Assembly: GCA_020850455.1 (NCBI GenBank)
Contig: JADZEQ010000005.1
Span: 96,873-160,872 of the forward strand
Origin: Sphingomonadaceae bacterium
Lineage (GTDB): Bacteria; Pseudomonadota; Alphaproteobacteria; Sphingomonadales; Sphingomonadaceae
Direction of reading: 5' to 3'
Length of the DNA stretch: 64,000 nucleotides
Shown here: positions 1-9,645 of the stretch, in pieces
How the letters are laid out: the number at the start of each line of letters is the position of its first letter
Position numbering within the stretch: the stretch's first letter is position 1
Position numbers and translations under genes: made by a program
The notes under the pieces: model-generated
Told to the model about the DNA's origin: nothing
What the model saw: only the letters and a program-made list of their open reading frames with translations
The model's database searches: none

Positions 1-2827
1 CACGGGTAGCCTGAAAGCCCCCCTCCAGCCCCGAGAAATTATTGAGTCCGACGAAATTGACGTAATTGGTGCCGAGCAGCAGCAACTGCGCCATAATGGC
101 ATTATTATCCTCATTCGCCGACAAGTGGCAGTCCGAACAGCCCTTTGTCTCCGTCGTACGTACGGTGTGCGGGAAGTGCGGCGCAAAGGCTTGCGAGGAA
201 AAACCGATCGCGCTGATCGGCGGTTGCTGCACGTAGATCCTCTCTCGATTCAAATTGGTAGAGGAGAGAACTAGTGCGGAGGATGAGCGTACCGGTGCAA
301 TGATATTGCCCTTGGTGGTCTGATGGACACCGAGTTGGAACATCTCGTCGCGCGCCACCTGTGGGTTATAGGTAGCGAAGTTGCGCGTTTCCTCCCCCTC
401 AAAGCGGTGACTATTGGTGCGCCAATTTGCCTCAATCGGCAGGTGACAGCCGCCGCAGCTGGTTGTCCAGGACAGATGGCAGGTGAAGCAAGTCATTTTG
501 TCATCGCCATGCGCGCGATTTTCCGGCGCAATGCCTTCGCCCCAGCGCATCTGCCCATCTTCACCCACACGGCCCATCAGCTTGGCGCGCGCCGCGCGCG
601 CATTAAATCGGGGGTTGCCGCGGGTTACCGTGTCGCGCACCAAACTCACCTCCCAAGTCAACTGAGGGTCGGTGATGGAACGTTGGAGGAGGGTGCGGCG
701 ACCATCGCGCTCCACCCATTCAAAGCGGCGCTGACCGTCCGGGTTGCGCAGCAACGACAGGTTGGTGCCGCCCGGCGGTGCCGCTGGGCCAGAGGTTAGC
801 AGCGTGGGATAGGCATCGGCAGTGCCGTGGCAATCCTTGCATCCAATCTCAATCGCATTGGCAACTTCGCCATAGATGAAGCCGTTGCCATGACTGTCTT
901 GCGCAAAGTGGCAATCGGCGCATTGCAGCCCCTTTTCGGCGTGAATATCCATAAGGTGGACAGTGCGCCCCGGGTTGGTACCAATCGGCGTGAATTGACC
1001 TTCACCTTCGCGCCGCCAGCGCTGCGGGTCATCATGCGGGACAATATTTCCCTCCGCATCCAGCAAATTGCCTTCGCGGTCGCGGCGGAACACCGCACGG
1101 AAATTCCAGCCATGGCCGTGGTAATCCGCAAATTGTGTATCATTAAGGCCGGGGTTTAGATCATAAACATTGCGCAGAAACTGGAGGTCGGCCCACAGAC
1201 CGCGCGGGGCAGCCCCTTCAGGATTGCGATCATTTACCTGCCGGATTTCGGATGCGGTGGGGTGACGTTGCTGACGATAGGTGCGCTGATACTCCTCCTC
1301 GCTCATGCCGGCAGGGCGCGGGGTGGTGTTCTCCGGCCCGGGCCACATAGCTGGCGCGTCGGATTCATAATCCCACATGGTGTAGCCCAGATAGCTGTTC
1401 AGAAAGATATTGGGCTGGTGCATGTGGCAATTCATGCACTGTGCGGTGGGAATCGCGCGGGTAAAAGCGTGGCGAATTGGGTGCCCGCTTTCGCGTGCCT
1501 CAGGCGCTCCGGCGGGGATCAGCGCGCCATGTTCGCCACCATGTCCGCCCGATGCTTCGCCGTGCGGGGTGCGTTGCTGCAAATTGGCAATGGTGGGATC
1601 GACCGTTGCCGTTTGCCCATCGCGACCATAGCGTGCCCACACGCTCGAATGTCGGGGTTCGCGGTCATTGGCATAGATGACATGGCAACCCGAACAGCCC
1701 GATGAACGATAATCGCCCGGCTGATCATTGGTGCCCATGAACCACATATAGGGGTCGTTTAGGCGGGTTTTATGGAGGTTGAGTACAGGAATGGCCACGC
1801 GCAAGCCGGTGCCCGGCCCACGATTGGATTGGCGCAAATCGGGGCGTCCCGGTTCGTCGAGCCGTTGAATTTGGCCGGTTACATTGGGTAGGCCGATTTC
1901 GGGAAAGATCGGGTTTATGACACGACCGCCGCGTTCAAAAACACGGAAAATATCACCGGGTGGCGTCACTGTCCAATTGGGTAGCGGGTATAGTCGAGCG
2001 AGCGCGCCGCGTGCCTGTTCCTCCGGCGTCAAAATTTCATCCGCGCTCGTCGTTACTTCGCAGGCGCGGGCCCATTGGTCGGGCGGCAGGATGGAGGATG
2101 GGCTGGTTATGCACGCGGCATCGCCATCGCGCGTATATGCTTCGCCCAAAAGGTAATTTTTGAACGGAACGATGCCATTATTATAGGATGCGCCACCAAA
2201 GAACATCGCCGCGGTTGACATGAGCGAACGTTCCGCATTCTCGATGATTTCGAGGTGGCAGCTGCCGCATGCTTCGCGCGCCACGCGATAGTCGGCCGGA
2301 TTGACAAAGCGGACGAATTCGGGGGCTTCACGGTTGAGCAGAGCATAACTGCGTTGGGGGTTTGCCGACGATGGCCAATTCCAGCTTTGTGGATAACGTG
2401 GCAGGACATGCGCGCGTTCCATCGCCGCCATATTGGCGGGCGCATCATAGCCAATGGCAGGATCGCCGCGCACGCGTGCATCGCCGCCATGGCAATCGAC
2501 ACAGCCTAATTGTACCGCGGGGCTGGCATGCATGGATGTTTCATCGGTGCGCGTGTGGCAGGAAAAACAGCCCTCCGATTTTGCCATGACGGCGGCACGT
2601 TGTTCTTCGAAAGTCGTGCCGGGCTGGTTGCGAGGTGCGGGTGGTGCAGTGACATAATGTCGTTCAACCGGGCGTTCATCCCCGCTGGCGATGGCTTGCG
2701 GCGCTGCAGCAAATAAAGCGCAGGTGAGCATGATCAGCGCGGCGAGCATCACGGCAGCGCGCCCGCGCGCAAAACGCAAAATCAATTTGGTGGTCAAGGG
2801 CGCGTCGCTGGGCATCATCAAGCTCAT
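1..2827 (-). CDS. Large multihaem c-type cytochrome, N-terminal ~940 aa (3' end lies beyond the left window edge, so it is absent from the ORF track)
   Basis: My own translation of the minus strand from ATG 2827-2825 stays open to position 1. Sec-type leader KLILRFARGRAAVMLAALIMLTCALFAAAPQAIA. Ten CXXCH motifs read directly: CFSCH (nt 2555-2569), CVDCH (2489-2503), CGSCH, CSGCH, CMNCH, CADCH, CKDCH, CFTCH, CGGCH, CSDCH. The start overlaps the upstream stop (ATGA, 2825-2829). Confidence 0.8.
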   Translation of the reverse strand, partial: MSLMMPSDAPLTTKLILRFARGRAAVMLAALIMLTCALFAAAPQAIASGDERPVERHYVTAPPAPRNQPGTTFEEQRAAVMAKSEGCFSCHTRTDETSMHASPAVQLGCVDCHGGDARVRGDPAIGYDAPANMAAMERAHVLPRYPQSWNWPSSANPQRSYALLNREAPEFVRFVNPADYRVAREACGSCHLEIIENAERSLMSTAAMFFGGASYNNGIVPFKNYLLGEAYTRDGDAACITSPSSILPPDQWARACEVTTSADEILTPEEQARGALARLYPLPNWTVTPPGDIFRVFERGGRVINPIFPEIGLPNVTGQIQRLDEPGRPDLRQSNRGPGTGLRVAIPVLNLHKTRLNDPYMWFMGTNDQPGDYRSSGCSGCHVIYANDREPRHSSVWARYGRDGQTATVDPTIANLQQRTPHGEASGGHGGEHGALIPAGAPEARESGHPIRHAFTRAIPTAQCMNCHMHQPNIFLNSYLGYTMWDYESDAPAMWPGPENTTPRPAGMSEEEYQRTYRQQRHPTASEIRQVNDRNPEGAAPRGLWADLQFLRNVYDLNPGLNDTQFADYHGHGWNFRAVFRRDREGNLLDAEGNIVPHDDPQRWRREGEGQFTPIGTNPGRTVHLMDIHAEKGLQCADCHFAQDSHGNGFIYGEVANAIEIGCKDCHGTADAYPTLLTSGPAAPPGGTNLSLLRNPDGQRRFEWVERDGRRTLLQRSITDPQLTWEVSLVRDTVTRGNPRFNARAARAKLMGRVGEDGQMRWGEGIAPENRAHGDDKMTCFTCHLSWTTSCGGCHLPIEANWRTNSHRFEGEETRNFATYNPQVARDEMFQLGVHQTTKGNIIAPVRSSSALVLSSTNLNRERIYVQQPPISAIGFSSQAFAPHFPHTVRTTETKGCSDCHLSANEDNNAIMAQLLLLGTNYVNFVGLNNFSGLEGGFQATR

Positions 2828-4830
2828 CAAAAGGAAAAAATGACGTTGGCGAGAATGGAATAATAAGCATCATAACGCGGCTGATTGGTGAAAAGATCCT
2901 TGAAACCTTCACCAGGAATCAACGCCGCGGCCGACAGCCGCATGATGATATTCTGATTGGCATGGGGCCGCCAAATGGCGGATACCGACGTGTCCCAGCC
3001 AATGTCACGGCCAATATTGGTCTGATTGCGCAGCGCGCCCAAAATTGCTGTATTTTCAAACCATAGATGATTGAAATTGGTGGACAACCGTAGTTCAGGC
3101 GTCAGGTCGAAATCACCGCCAGCTCCCAGCAATATCGTGCCGGGGTTGATGAAATTGGACTGTCCCTGCTCTTTTGATGAGCGCAGACTGTTCAAAATGC
3201 CGTTACGCCCATTGATGCTGACCGCGCGTCCACCGCCGATGAAGGGGATGGACTGGCGGATCCAATAGCTTGTATCTGCGCCGGCAAATTGCGGGTTTTC
3301 AAAAATTGCATCGAAGCCGGTTTCGACATCATCATATGGGTCGCCGTCGCCTGATGCGTAAAGCCCCGAAAGGCGAAAGCGCATCCAGTTATGATCATAG
3401 CTCGCCTCAAATGCGCCAAAAACTGCGGAGATGCGGGCATTGCGATCCGTAATAGGATTAGCACGATCTTGCCCAAATGCGCCATAAATCGATGCAGTTA
3501 GATTGATGCGACCGACGCGACCGTCGGCATTATAGCCTACATAATAGACGTCATAATCATGCCCGCGCAGCGTGCCGATCAGCGATGGACGGGTAGGAAA
3601 GCCGTTATGGTCAGCCTTTTGTTCATCGCCCTCGCGATTGCGATTGTAAATCAGGCTGATCTGACTGGTTAAGCCCGGGATGGGCAAATCTTGCCGATAG
3701 AGATTGGCGATAAAAAGGAAATCGTCGCGTGGCGTCTGCCCCAGATCATTGAGGCCGCTGTTCGTATCCTTTTCTAGTCGCCAGAAGGCGGCCAGATTAT
3801 ACTGGAAACGATTGCCGTCGCGGTTGCCGAACAGGCGGATGCCCAGTTGGTTGTCATTGAACAAGAAGCCGCGAAAGTCCGACTGAAATGGTTGTATGCC
3901 GACACGGATGGAATGAAAATCATACCGACTGCCGTCATTGCCCAGATGCTTGTCGATGAATAATTCTTGCACCCCGATAAAATGGTCAAAGCGGTGCGAG
4001 GGCGCAGACGGTTGTACCGACAAGATGCGCCGTTCGGGGACATCAACAAAGGAAGCATTATAGGCGAGGGTCAGTCGATATTCGATGTCGGGCGGTTTGA
4101 AGGCCGTCATCCCCTTGGTCAGCGCAACGCCAAAAATGAGGCTCTGTGAAAAAACGACGCTTGCCGGGCGACCAAATACATCGGTGCTCTGCGGGCGTTC
4201 GGTGGTTTGCACGCCGACGGGCAGAGGAAAGGTGCGTGGTTCAACCACCGTGTCCGACGTCGCGCTGAGCGTGAAAAACCAGTCATCGCCGTGCAGCGGA
4301 ATGAAACTGGGCAGACTGTCCACATTGATCGGCCGGTCGCCCTTCAAGAAATTCTGGCGATAGGGGTCAAGGCGCGAGCGACATACATCCTGCACCGCGA
4401 CAAAGACCTGCTCCACCGGGCAAAATGCAGTGATCAGACGCCAACGGTCGGGGATGGGCAATGTATCTGTAGGAAAGGCTTGCGGCGGCAGGGCGCGGAT
4501 GGCACCGGGATTGTCCTGTGTGACCGCTTCGGGGAGGCCGGGCTGGTATCCGGGACGCCGCCGCCCCTCCAATATCTGGTCGAGCAGGCTGGGGTCAACA
4601 CGTCGTTCCCAGTTGAGCGGCGGTGGCGGTGGGGTGCCGTTTGGATCAATCGCCGGTTCCCCCGGCGTGGCTGGGGGCGGTAAATTATCTACAGGGGGTG
4701 GCGGCGCTGAACTGATGGGGGGCGGTGCTTCCGCAGCATCGGGCGGATTGCCGCCCGTGCCATCGCCCGTCACACCACCCGTCGCGCCAATCGCGGCGAC
4801 AAGCGGCAGGAGGAGGGAGGCACCAGACAT
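2827..4830 (-). CDS. Putative outer-membrane beta-barrel protein (porin / alginate-export-like), 667 aa
   Basis: ORF track. Hydrophobic leader, then a Pro-rich stretch (APPPISSAPPPPVDNLPPPATPGEP). Long G/N/D/Y/R-rich region with alternating polarity. C-terminus ...YYSILANVIFSF ends in Phe, as in OM barrels. The family guess is from memory, not a search. Confidence 0.55.
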   Translation of the reverse strand: MSGASLLLPLVAAIGATGGVTGDGTGGNPPDAAEAPPPISSAPPPPVDNLPPPATPGEPAIDPNGTPPPPPLNWERRVDPSLLDQILEGRRRPGYQPGLPEAVTQDNPGAIRALPPQAFPTDTLPIPDRWRLITAFCPVEQVFVAVQDVCRSRLDPYRQNFLKGDRPINVDSLPSFIPLHGDDWFFTLSATSDTVVEPRTFPLPVGVQTTERPQSTDVFGRPASVVFSQSLIFGVALTKGMTAFKPPDIEYRLTLAYNASFVDVPERRILSVQPSAPSHRFDHFIGVQELFIDKHLGNDGSRYDFHSIRVGIQPFQSDFRGFLFNDNQLGIRLFGNRDGNRFQYNLAAFWRLEKDTNSGLNDLGQTPRDDFLFIANLYRQDLPIPGLTSQISLIYNRNREGDEQKADHNGFPTRPSLIGTLRGHDYDVYYVGYNADGRVGRINLTASIYGAFGQDRANPITDRNARISAVFGAFEASYDHNWMRFRLSGLYASGDGDPYDDVETGFDAIFENPQFAGADTSYWIRQSIPFIGGGRAVSINGRNGILNSLRSSKEQGQSNFINPGTILLGAGGDFDLTPELRLSTNFNHLWFENTAILGALRNQTNIGRDIGWDTSVSAIWRPHANQNIIMRLSAAALIPGEGFKDLFTNQPRYDAYYSILANVIFSF

Positions 4831-4833
4831 GAA

Positions 4834-6837
4834 TTATAGCCCCTGACAGACGTTTTGTCGGTCAGTATCGAGAAAGGGCGTGAAGGGGCAGTTGATATAA
4901 ATCAGCCGCGCATTTCGCCCGCCCGCCAATTGCACGACAATCTGGTCGGCGCGTTTGTCCACCGGCGCGTTATTTGGCGCACCGCTGCCCAATCGGCCGT
5001 TGGCGTTGGCGAGGCCCAGAAAGCTGATCATATCATCCTGATCGATGCCGTCGCCCGAAACGCCCAACCCCCCAATCAACTGGTTGCCGCGATATACCGG
5101 CACCGACCCAGGGAAGATTTGCACCCCATTGGCTATGCGGTTGGTGCCGGGCAGGCTTTGTGGAACATTGGTGCAAACCTGTTTGACGTCGGTCGCATTG
5201 ACGCCCAGCACGAACAGCAGGTGCGACAAAATGTCGGGGAAAATCAGCGCTGATTGCAGGCCGGTCGACAGCGGATTGAAACCGCCCGCCGTGCGAGAAA
5301 AAGGACCATTCGGCTGCGCGACTTCGCCGTCAGGAAAAAACGGTCGATGCAAATTGCCATTGGCGCGGTCGGTAAAGGCATGGGTACCAGTGAGGGCGTT
5401 GGGGTCATTCAAAAATGTCCGAACCGCGCTGACATAAGATGCGACGGTAGGGTCAGGATCCGCCAACAACTGCGCACCAGCTGTTGCGCCGGAGAAAAAG
5501 GCCGCCGTGCGCGCCTTTTGCAAACTGACATCGATACCGAAAATCGGTGCATCGGGCGAACGGACGAGGCCGAGGGCGCGACCATTTGTATCGACAAGCG
5601 ATATGGTCACCTGCGCTTGACTGCCCAATGGCCGGCGAATCTGCGCGCGTGCGCGCGCCATGATCGTGAAGGCTTCTTCCAAAATGGTGCGCGCTTCGGC
5701 TTGGGTGATTGCGCTGACGCTGCCGCCGTCGCTGCCCGCAACTATGGGGTAGCGGTTGGCGCCCGCCCCGTTGGACAACACCATTGCGTCGCTGCGGGCA
5801 AATTCCCCCGCCTGAACCAGCCGCAAACCCGATGCTTCGGTGCCATAAGTGCTGCCTGCCAAAATGGTTGGCGTCGGGAATCCATAATATCCGCGCACCT
5901 GCACCAAATTGCCCGCACTGCCGTTGAGGCTGGCAAAGCTGGGCGCGCTGCTTGTCATCAGCCCGCCATAGCTGGCATCGCTATAGCGCAGGAGTGTGCC
6001 ATCCACGGGGATGCGTTCGGCGCGAATTTCATCTGGCGCTTCAAATCCACGCGTTCCGGCGAGTGCGGCAAATTCCTCCGCATCATTGTCAATGTCGGTG
6101 ACTTCCGGGTCAAATCCATAGTCGCCATCGGCCATTACGCCGACCCCGCCGACGAGCACGCCGCCTTTGTACAGCGGAAAGCCCCCGGCATCCGCCGACA
6201 GGCCAAGCGGGGATCGTTTGGGGCCGATCAGCGCGCCAGCCCCGACATTGCCGTCAACATAACGTGCGGCGAGGTCGGAACAGGGCAATTGGCTGAATTG
6301 CACGCCATAAAGCGGGCCGGATTCTAGCCCCGGTGTCAGCGATGACGGCGGGAAATGTTCCTGCACAATCATGCTGGCCGTGCGGCTGGAAAAGGCGTTG
6401 CCGCCGCTCGACAAATAGGCACCGGTAATCGCCTTGGCGATCGCTGCAGCCGTCGCGGGTACCGCCTGATTTTGCGCATCGCGATTATCGCCATTGGCCG
6501 CCGCGCGGACGATAGCGGTCGCGCTGGCCCCGGTCATGCGGAAAACGCCGAGTACATTGCCCGACCGGTCAACCACTGCGATGACAGATTTGATGGAACG
6601 CGCCTGCGATTCAGCAACCGCCTGGGCGATGACCCGTTCAACATCCGCCGCGCTCAGCGATTGTGCAGCGGGCAGGGTGAATGCCGCGCCGGTCGGCGTG
6701 GGGGTTGGCGTGGGTGCAGGGGCGGGCGCACCGCCGCCACCGCCGCCACCGCCGCCACCACCGCCGCCGCAGCCGGCCAGCATCAGCGCCGACGCGCTTA
6801 CCCAACCAATCGCCTGCTTCATAACCACGCCCCGCAT
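4834..6837 (-). CDS. Lipoprotein with two GlcG/DUF336-like (haem-degrading / HbpS-like) segments, 667 aa
   Basis: Lipobox LMLAGC followed by Gly13 and an (AP)3(TP)3 tether. Two segments resemble GlcG/DUF336: SAADVERVIAQAVAESQARSIKSVIAVVDRSGNVLGVFRM and EARTILEEAFTIMARARAQIRRPLGSQAQVTISLVDTNGRALGLVRSPDAPIFGIDVSLQKARTAAFF. The start may be M1 (6837, ATGA overlap) or M6 (6822). Confidence 0.6.
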   Translation of the reverse strand: MRGVVMKQAIGWVSASALMLAGCGGGGGGGGGGGGGAPAPAPTPTPTPTGAAFTLPAAQSLSAADVERVIAQAVAESQARSIKSVIAVVDRSGNVLGVFRMTGASATAIVRAAANGDNRDAQNQAVPATAAAIAKAITGAYLSSGGNAFSSRTASMIVQEHFPPSSLTPGLESGPLYGVQFSQLPCSDLAARYVDGNVGAGALIGPKRSPLGLSADAGGFPLYKGGVLVGGVGVMADGDYGFDPEVTDIDNDAEEFAALAGTRGFEAPDEIRAERIPVDGTLLRYSDASYGGLMTSSAPSFASLNGSAGNLVQVRGYYGFPTPTILAGSTYGTEASGLRLVQAGEFARSDAMVLSNGAGANRYPIVAGSDGGSVSAITQAEARTILEEAFTIMARARAQIRRPLGSQAQVTISLVDTNGRALGLVRSPDAPIFGIDVSLQKARTAAFFSGATAGAQLLADPDPTVASYVSAVRTFLNDPNALTGTHAFTDRANGNLHRPFFPDGEVAQPNGPFSRTAGGFNPLSTGLQSALIFPDILSHLLFVLGVNATDVKQVCTNVPQSLPGTNRIANGVQIFPGSVPVYRGNQLIGGLGVSGDGIDQDDMISFLGLANANGRLGSGAPNNAPVDKRADQIVVQLAGGRNARLIYINCPFTPFLDTDRQNVCQGL
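6730..6768 (-). repeat. In-frame (GGC/GGT)13 tract encoding Gly13 directly after the lipobox Cys
   Basis: Minus strand reads tgc ggc ggc ggt ggt ggc ggc ggt ggc ggc ggt ggc ggc ggt gcg. It is followed by (AP)3(TP)3. Confidence 0.9.
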
Positions 6838-8246
6838 CAGCGCACCGCCGAAATGGCGCGCACCGCGCTCGACAAAGATGTTTGGAAATCACGCGGGCGA
6901 TAGGTGTTGGGGTCACGCACCGCCGCATAAGCGCGGTTGATGTCAGCGCGGACTGCCGCCGCCGCCCCAACTGTTATTTGCCCGCCGGAAACCATTGCGT
7001 TGAGCAAGGTGTCGATGCCCATGACGGCCTGCACCGAGCCTTCATAATCGGTATAGCGCGGGCGGATCGCTTCGCCAGCAATTGCATTGGCGAGCGCGCG
7101 CGTTTCATTAGGACCAAAGCTTTGCGCGGCAAGCGCGCCGCGCACCTCCGCCGTAACGGCCAGCAATTCGCGCGCAGCGGCAGTGGCGCTTGCCCTGTTG
7201 CTGCCCATCGCGGCGTGAAAGGCACGTGCTTTTTCGTCGAACCGGCTGACGAGGGCAGGTGCTGCAACCCGCGCGGCGGCAGAAAGCATGATCATATTCT
7301 CATCATTAAAGGGGGGCATGCCCTGTGGAATGGGGCGGCCCGGGTTACGCACGGCGGTGACATTTGCGTTATCGCTATCGACGATGCGGCGATGACAACT
7401 GTGACAGTCGTAGAAATAAAATTCGGGGAACACCCCCTCTGTCCCGCGCGCGGAGGTAAAGAGCGACAGCGCCCGTTCGATCGCCATTGCCTGACCGACC
7501 GCCCACATACGCACATGGTCGGGCCGCCCCTTGCGTTCGATATAGTCGCTATCCTCATTATGGTGGGCTTGCAGCGTCGAAAATAGGTCGAGTTCAAAGG
7601 ATATGCGCGGGTGGCCCGCCGCCATGATGCGGTGGGTGACAAATTGCCCCTCGCCCTCGCTGCCGAAATGGCAGTCGAGGCAGACAGCTGCGCGCACCGC
7701 CGGGTTTTCGAGCTGTCGCATACCACGCCGGATATTGTCGGCATGCTGCTGCGCTTCGGGTAGTGTGCCTGCATAATGGCTGGAAATCCAACCACTCGCT
7801 GCACCATGGCAGGATTCACAATTAACCCCGTCGGTCAATTGATAGCGAAAGGCGCCCCCACTGGCCTCTGCCCTGCTCGAATGGCAGCCAAGACACATCG
7901 GTGCAGAGCTGGCATCACCGATACCTAGATTGCGGGCAATGGTTTGGCTGCGCGTATTGGAAAGGACAGCATAGGCACGGCTATGTGCGCCGCCAAGGCT
8001 GGAGGGTTCCTGCCATTTGGCGATTTCATCCTGCCGGACGGGGACGCCATCACCGGTCATCCGGCCATGACAGGTTGACCCAGCGCAGGATGCAACGCCA
8101 AGGCTGGGGCCGGTTTCAGCAGCGTTCGACCGAGCGCTAGGCGCTGTAACCAGCACCATGGCGAGCAAAAAAGCGGCAGCGCCGGTCATGGCGAGCCATT
8201 GCCCCGCTGATCTGCGCCATTTGTTGCCCAAACTTGCAACCTGCAT
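6837..8246 (-). CDS. Secreted pentahaem c-type cytochrome, 469 aa
   Basis: Signal-like N-terminus (WLAMTGAAAFLLAMVLVTAPSARS). Haem motifs: CAGSTCH (a CX4CH, nt 8067-8087), CLGCH, CESCH, CLDCH, CHSCH. Confidence 0.75.
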   Translation of the reverse strand: MQVASLGNKWRRSAGQWLAMTGAAAFLLAMVLVTAPSARSNAAETGPSLGVASCAGSTCHGRMTGDGVPVRQDEIAKWQEPSSLGGAHSRAYAVLSNTRSQTIARNLGIGDASSAPMCLGCHSSRAEASGGAFRYQLTDGVNCESCHGAASGWISSHYAGTLPEAQQHADNIRRGMRQLENPAVRAAVCLDCHFGSEGEGQFVTHRIMAAGHPRISFELDLFSTLQAHHNEDSDYIERKGRPDHVRMWAVGQAMAIERALSLFTSARGTEGVFPEFYFYDCHSCHRRIVDSDNANVTAVRNPGRPIPQGMPPFNDENMIMLSAAARVAAPALVSRFDEKARAFHAAMGSNRASATAAARELLAVTAEVRGALAAQSFGPNETRALANAIAGEAIRPRYTDYEGSVQAVMGIDTLLNAMVSGGQITVGAAAAVRADINRAYAAVRDPNTYRPRDFQTSLSSAVRAISAVR

Positions 8247-8289
8247 TGGCCCTTGACCCCCTCTTGGCTTAGCTGTGCCTTACCGTGGC

Positions 8290-9645
8290 CTATACCACCC
8301 CAAAGGCGAGCATCGCATCGGCCACTTTCTTGAAGCCCGCGATATTGGCGCCTTTGACATAGTCGACATGGCCGCCAGATTGCGTGCCATAGGTGACGCA
8401 GCGATCATGAATCCCCTCCATGATGTCGAGCAGCATCTGTTGCAATTCAGCCTCTTTCCAGCTGCGCCGCTCGCTGTTCTGACTCATTTCCAAGCCGGAA
8501 ACGGCAACCCCTCCCGCATTGGCGGCTTTACCGGGGGCGAAGAGGATTTTGGCGTCGCGGAAAATATGCGCGCCCTCCAAATTGGTGGGCATATTGGCCC
8601 CTTCGCTGACAGCAACACAACCATTGGCGACGAGCGTGCGGGCATCATCGCCCAGCAACTCATTTTGCGTGGCGCAGGGCAAAGCGACATCGCATTTGAC
8701 ACCCCATGGCGTTTTGCCTGCATGGAAACTGGAGCCGGGAAAGGCCGCGACATATTCCTCGATCCGCCCACGACGGTGGGTCTTATGTTCCTTTACCCAG
8801 TTGATCTTTTCCTGATTTATCCCGTCAGGATCATGAATGAAGCCGCCGCTGTCCGAAAGGGTGAGCACTTTGCCGCCCAACTGCGTCACTTTTTCGGCTG
8901 CATGGGTGGCGACATTGCCCGAACCCGAAATAACCGCGCTCTTGCCTTTGAGATCCTGACCCTTGGTCCGCAACATAGCGGCAAGGAAATAGACCGCGCC
9001 ATAACCGGTGGCTTCGGGCCGGATCAGCGAACCGCCATATTCCAGCCCCTTACCGGTTAAGACACCGTTCCAGTGATTGGTCAGGCGTTTATATTGACCG
9101 AACATGAAACCAACTTCGCGCGCGCCAACACCAATGTCGCCCGCCGGGACATCCACATCGGGGCCGATATGGCGATATAGTTCGTTCATAAAGCTTTGGC
9201 AGAAGCGCATAATCTCCCGCACACTTTTGCCCTTGGGGTTGAAATTGGAACCGCCCTTGCCACCACCCATGGGAAGGCCTGTCAGCGAATTTTTGAACGT
9301 CTGCTCAAAGGCGAGGAATTTCAGGATAGATTCATTGACGCTGGGGTGGAAGCGAATCCCACCCTTATAGGGGCCGATCGCATTGTTGTTTTGCACCCGC
9401 CAGCCGCGCTGCACGCGGATATTGCCCTTGTCATCCTCCCAACACACGCGAAAGGAAACCACGCGATCGGGTTCGGCGATGCGCCGCAAAATCTGTTCGC
9501 GGTGATAATCTTCTTTATCAGCGATGAAGTCGAAAATATCCTCCGCAACTTCGTGTACGGCTTGGATAAATTCGCTCTGTCCGGGGTTGCGCTTGGCCAC
9601 CCCCTCCATAAAGCGATTAAGATCGACATGATCTTCGATGGCCAT
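8290..9645 (-). CDS. gdhA: NADP-specific glutamate dehydrogenase
   Basis: 451 aa. GPYKGGIRFHPSVN and LTGLPMGGGKGGSNFNPKGKS (Glu/Leu/Phe/Val dehydrogenase active-site region). Full-length collinear similarity to GdhA as I remember it. Confidence 0.95.
   Translation of the reverse strand: MAIEDHVDLNRFMEGVAKRNPGQSEFIQAVHEVAEDIFDFIADKEDYHREQILRRIAEPDRVVSFRVCWEDDKGNIRVQRGWRVQNNNAIGPYKGGIRFHPSVNESILKFLAFEQTFKNSLTGLPMGGGKGGSNFNPKGKSVREIMRFCQSFMNELYRHIGPDVDVPAGDIGVGAREVGFMFGQYKRLTNHWNGVLTGKGLEYGGSLIRPEATGYGAVYFLAAMLRTKGQDLKGKSAVISGSGNVATHAAEKVTQLGGKVLTLSDSGGFIHDPDGINQEKINWVKEHKTHRRGRIEEYVAAFPGSSFHAGKTPWGVKCDVALPCATQNELLGDDARTLVANGCVAVSEGANMPTNLEGAHIFRDAKILFAPGKAANAGGVAVSGLEMSQNSERRSWKEAELQQMLLDIMEGIHDRCVTYGTQSGGHVDYVKGANIAGFKKVADAMLAFGVV

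Noticed and set aside
6730-6768. Gly-codon tract as an ON/OFF phase-variation switch
   Set aside because: The repeat unit is a triplet, so slippage preserves the reading frame. At most it modulates linker length.
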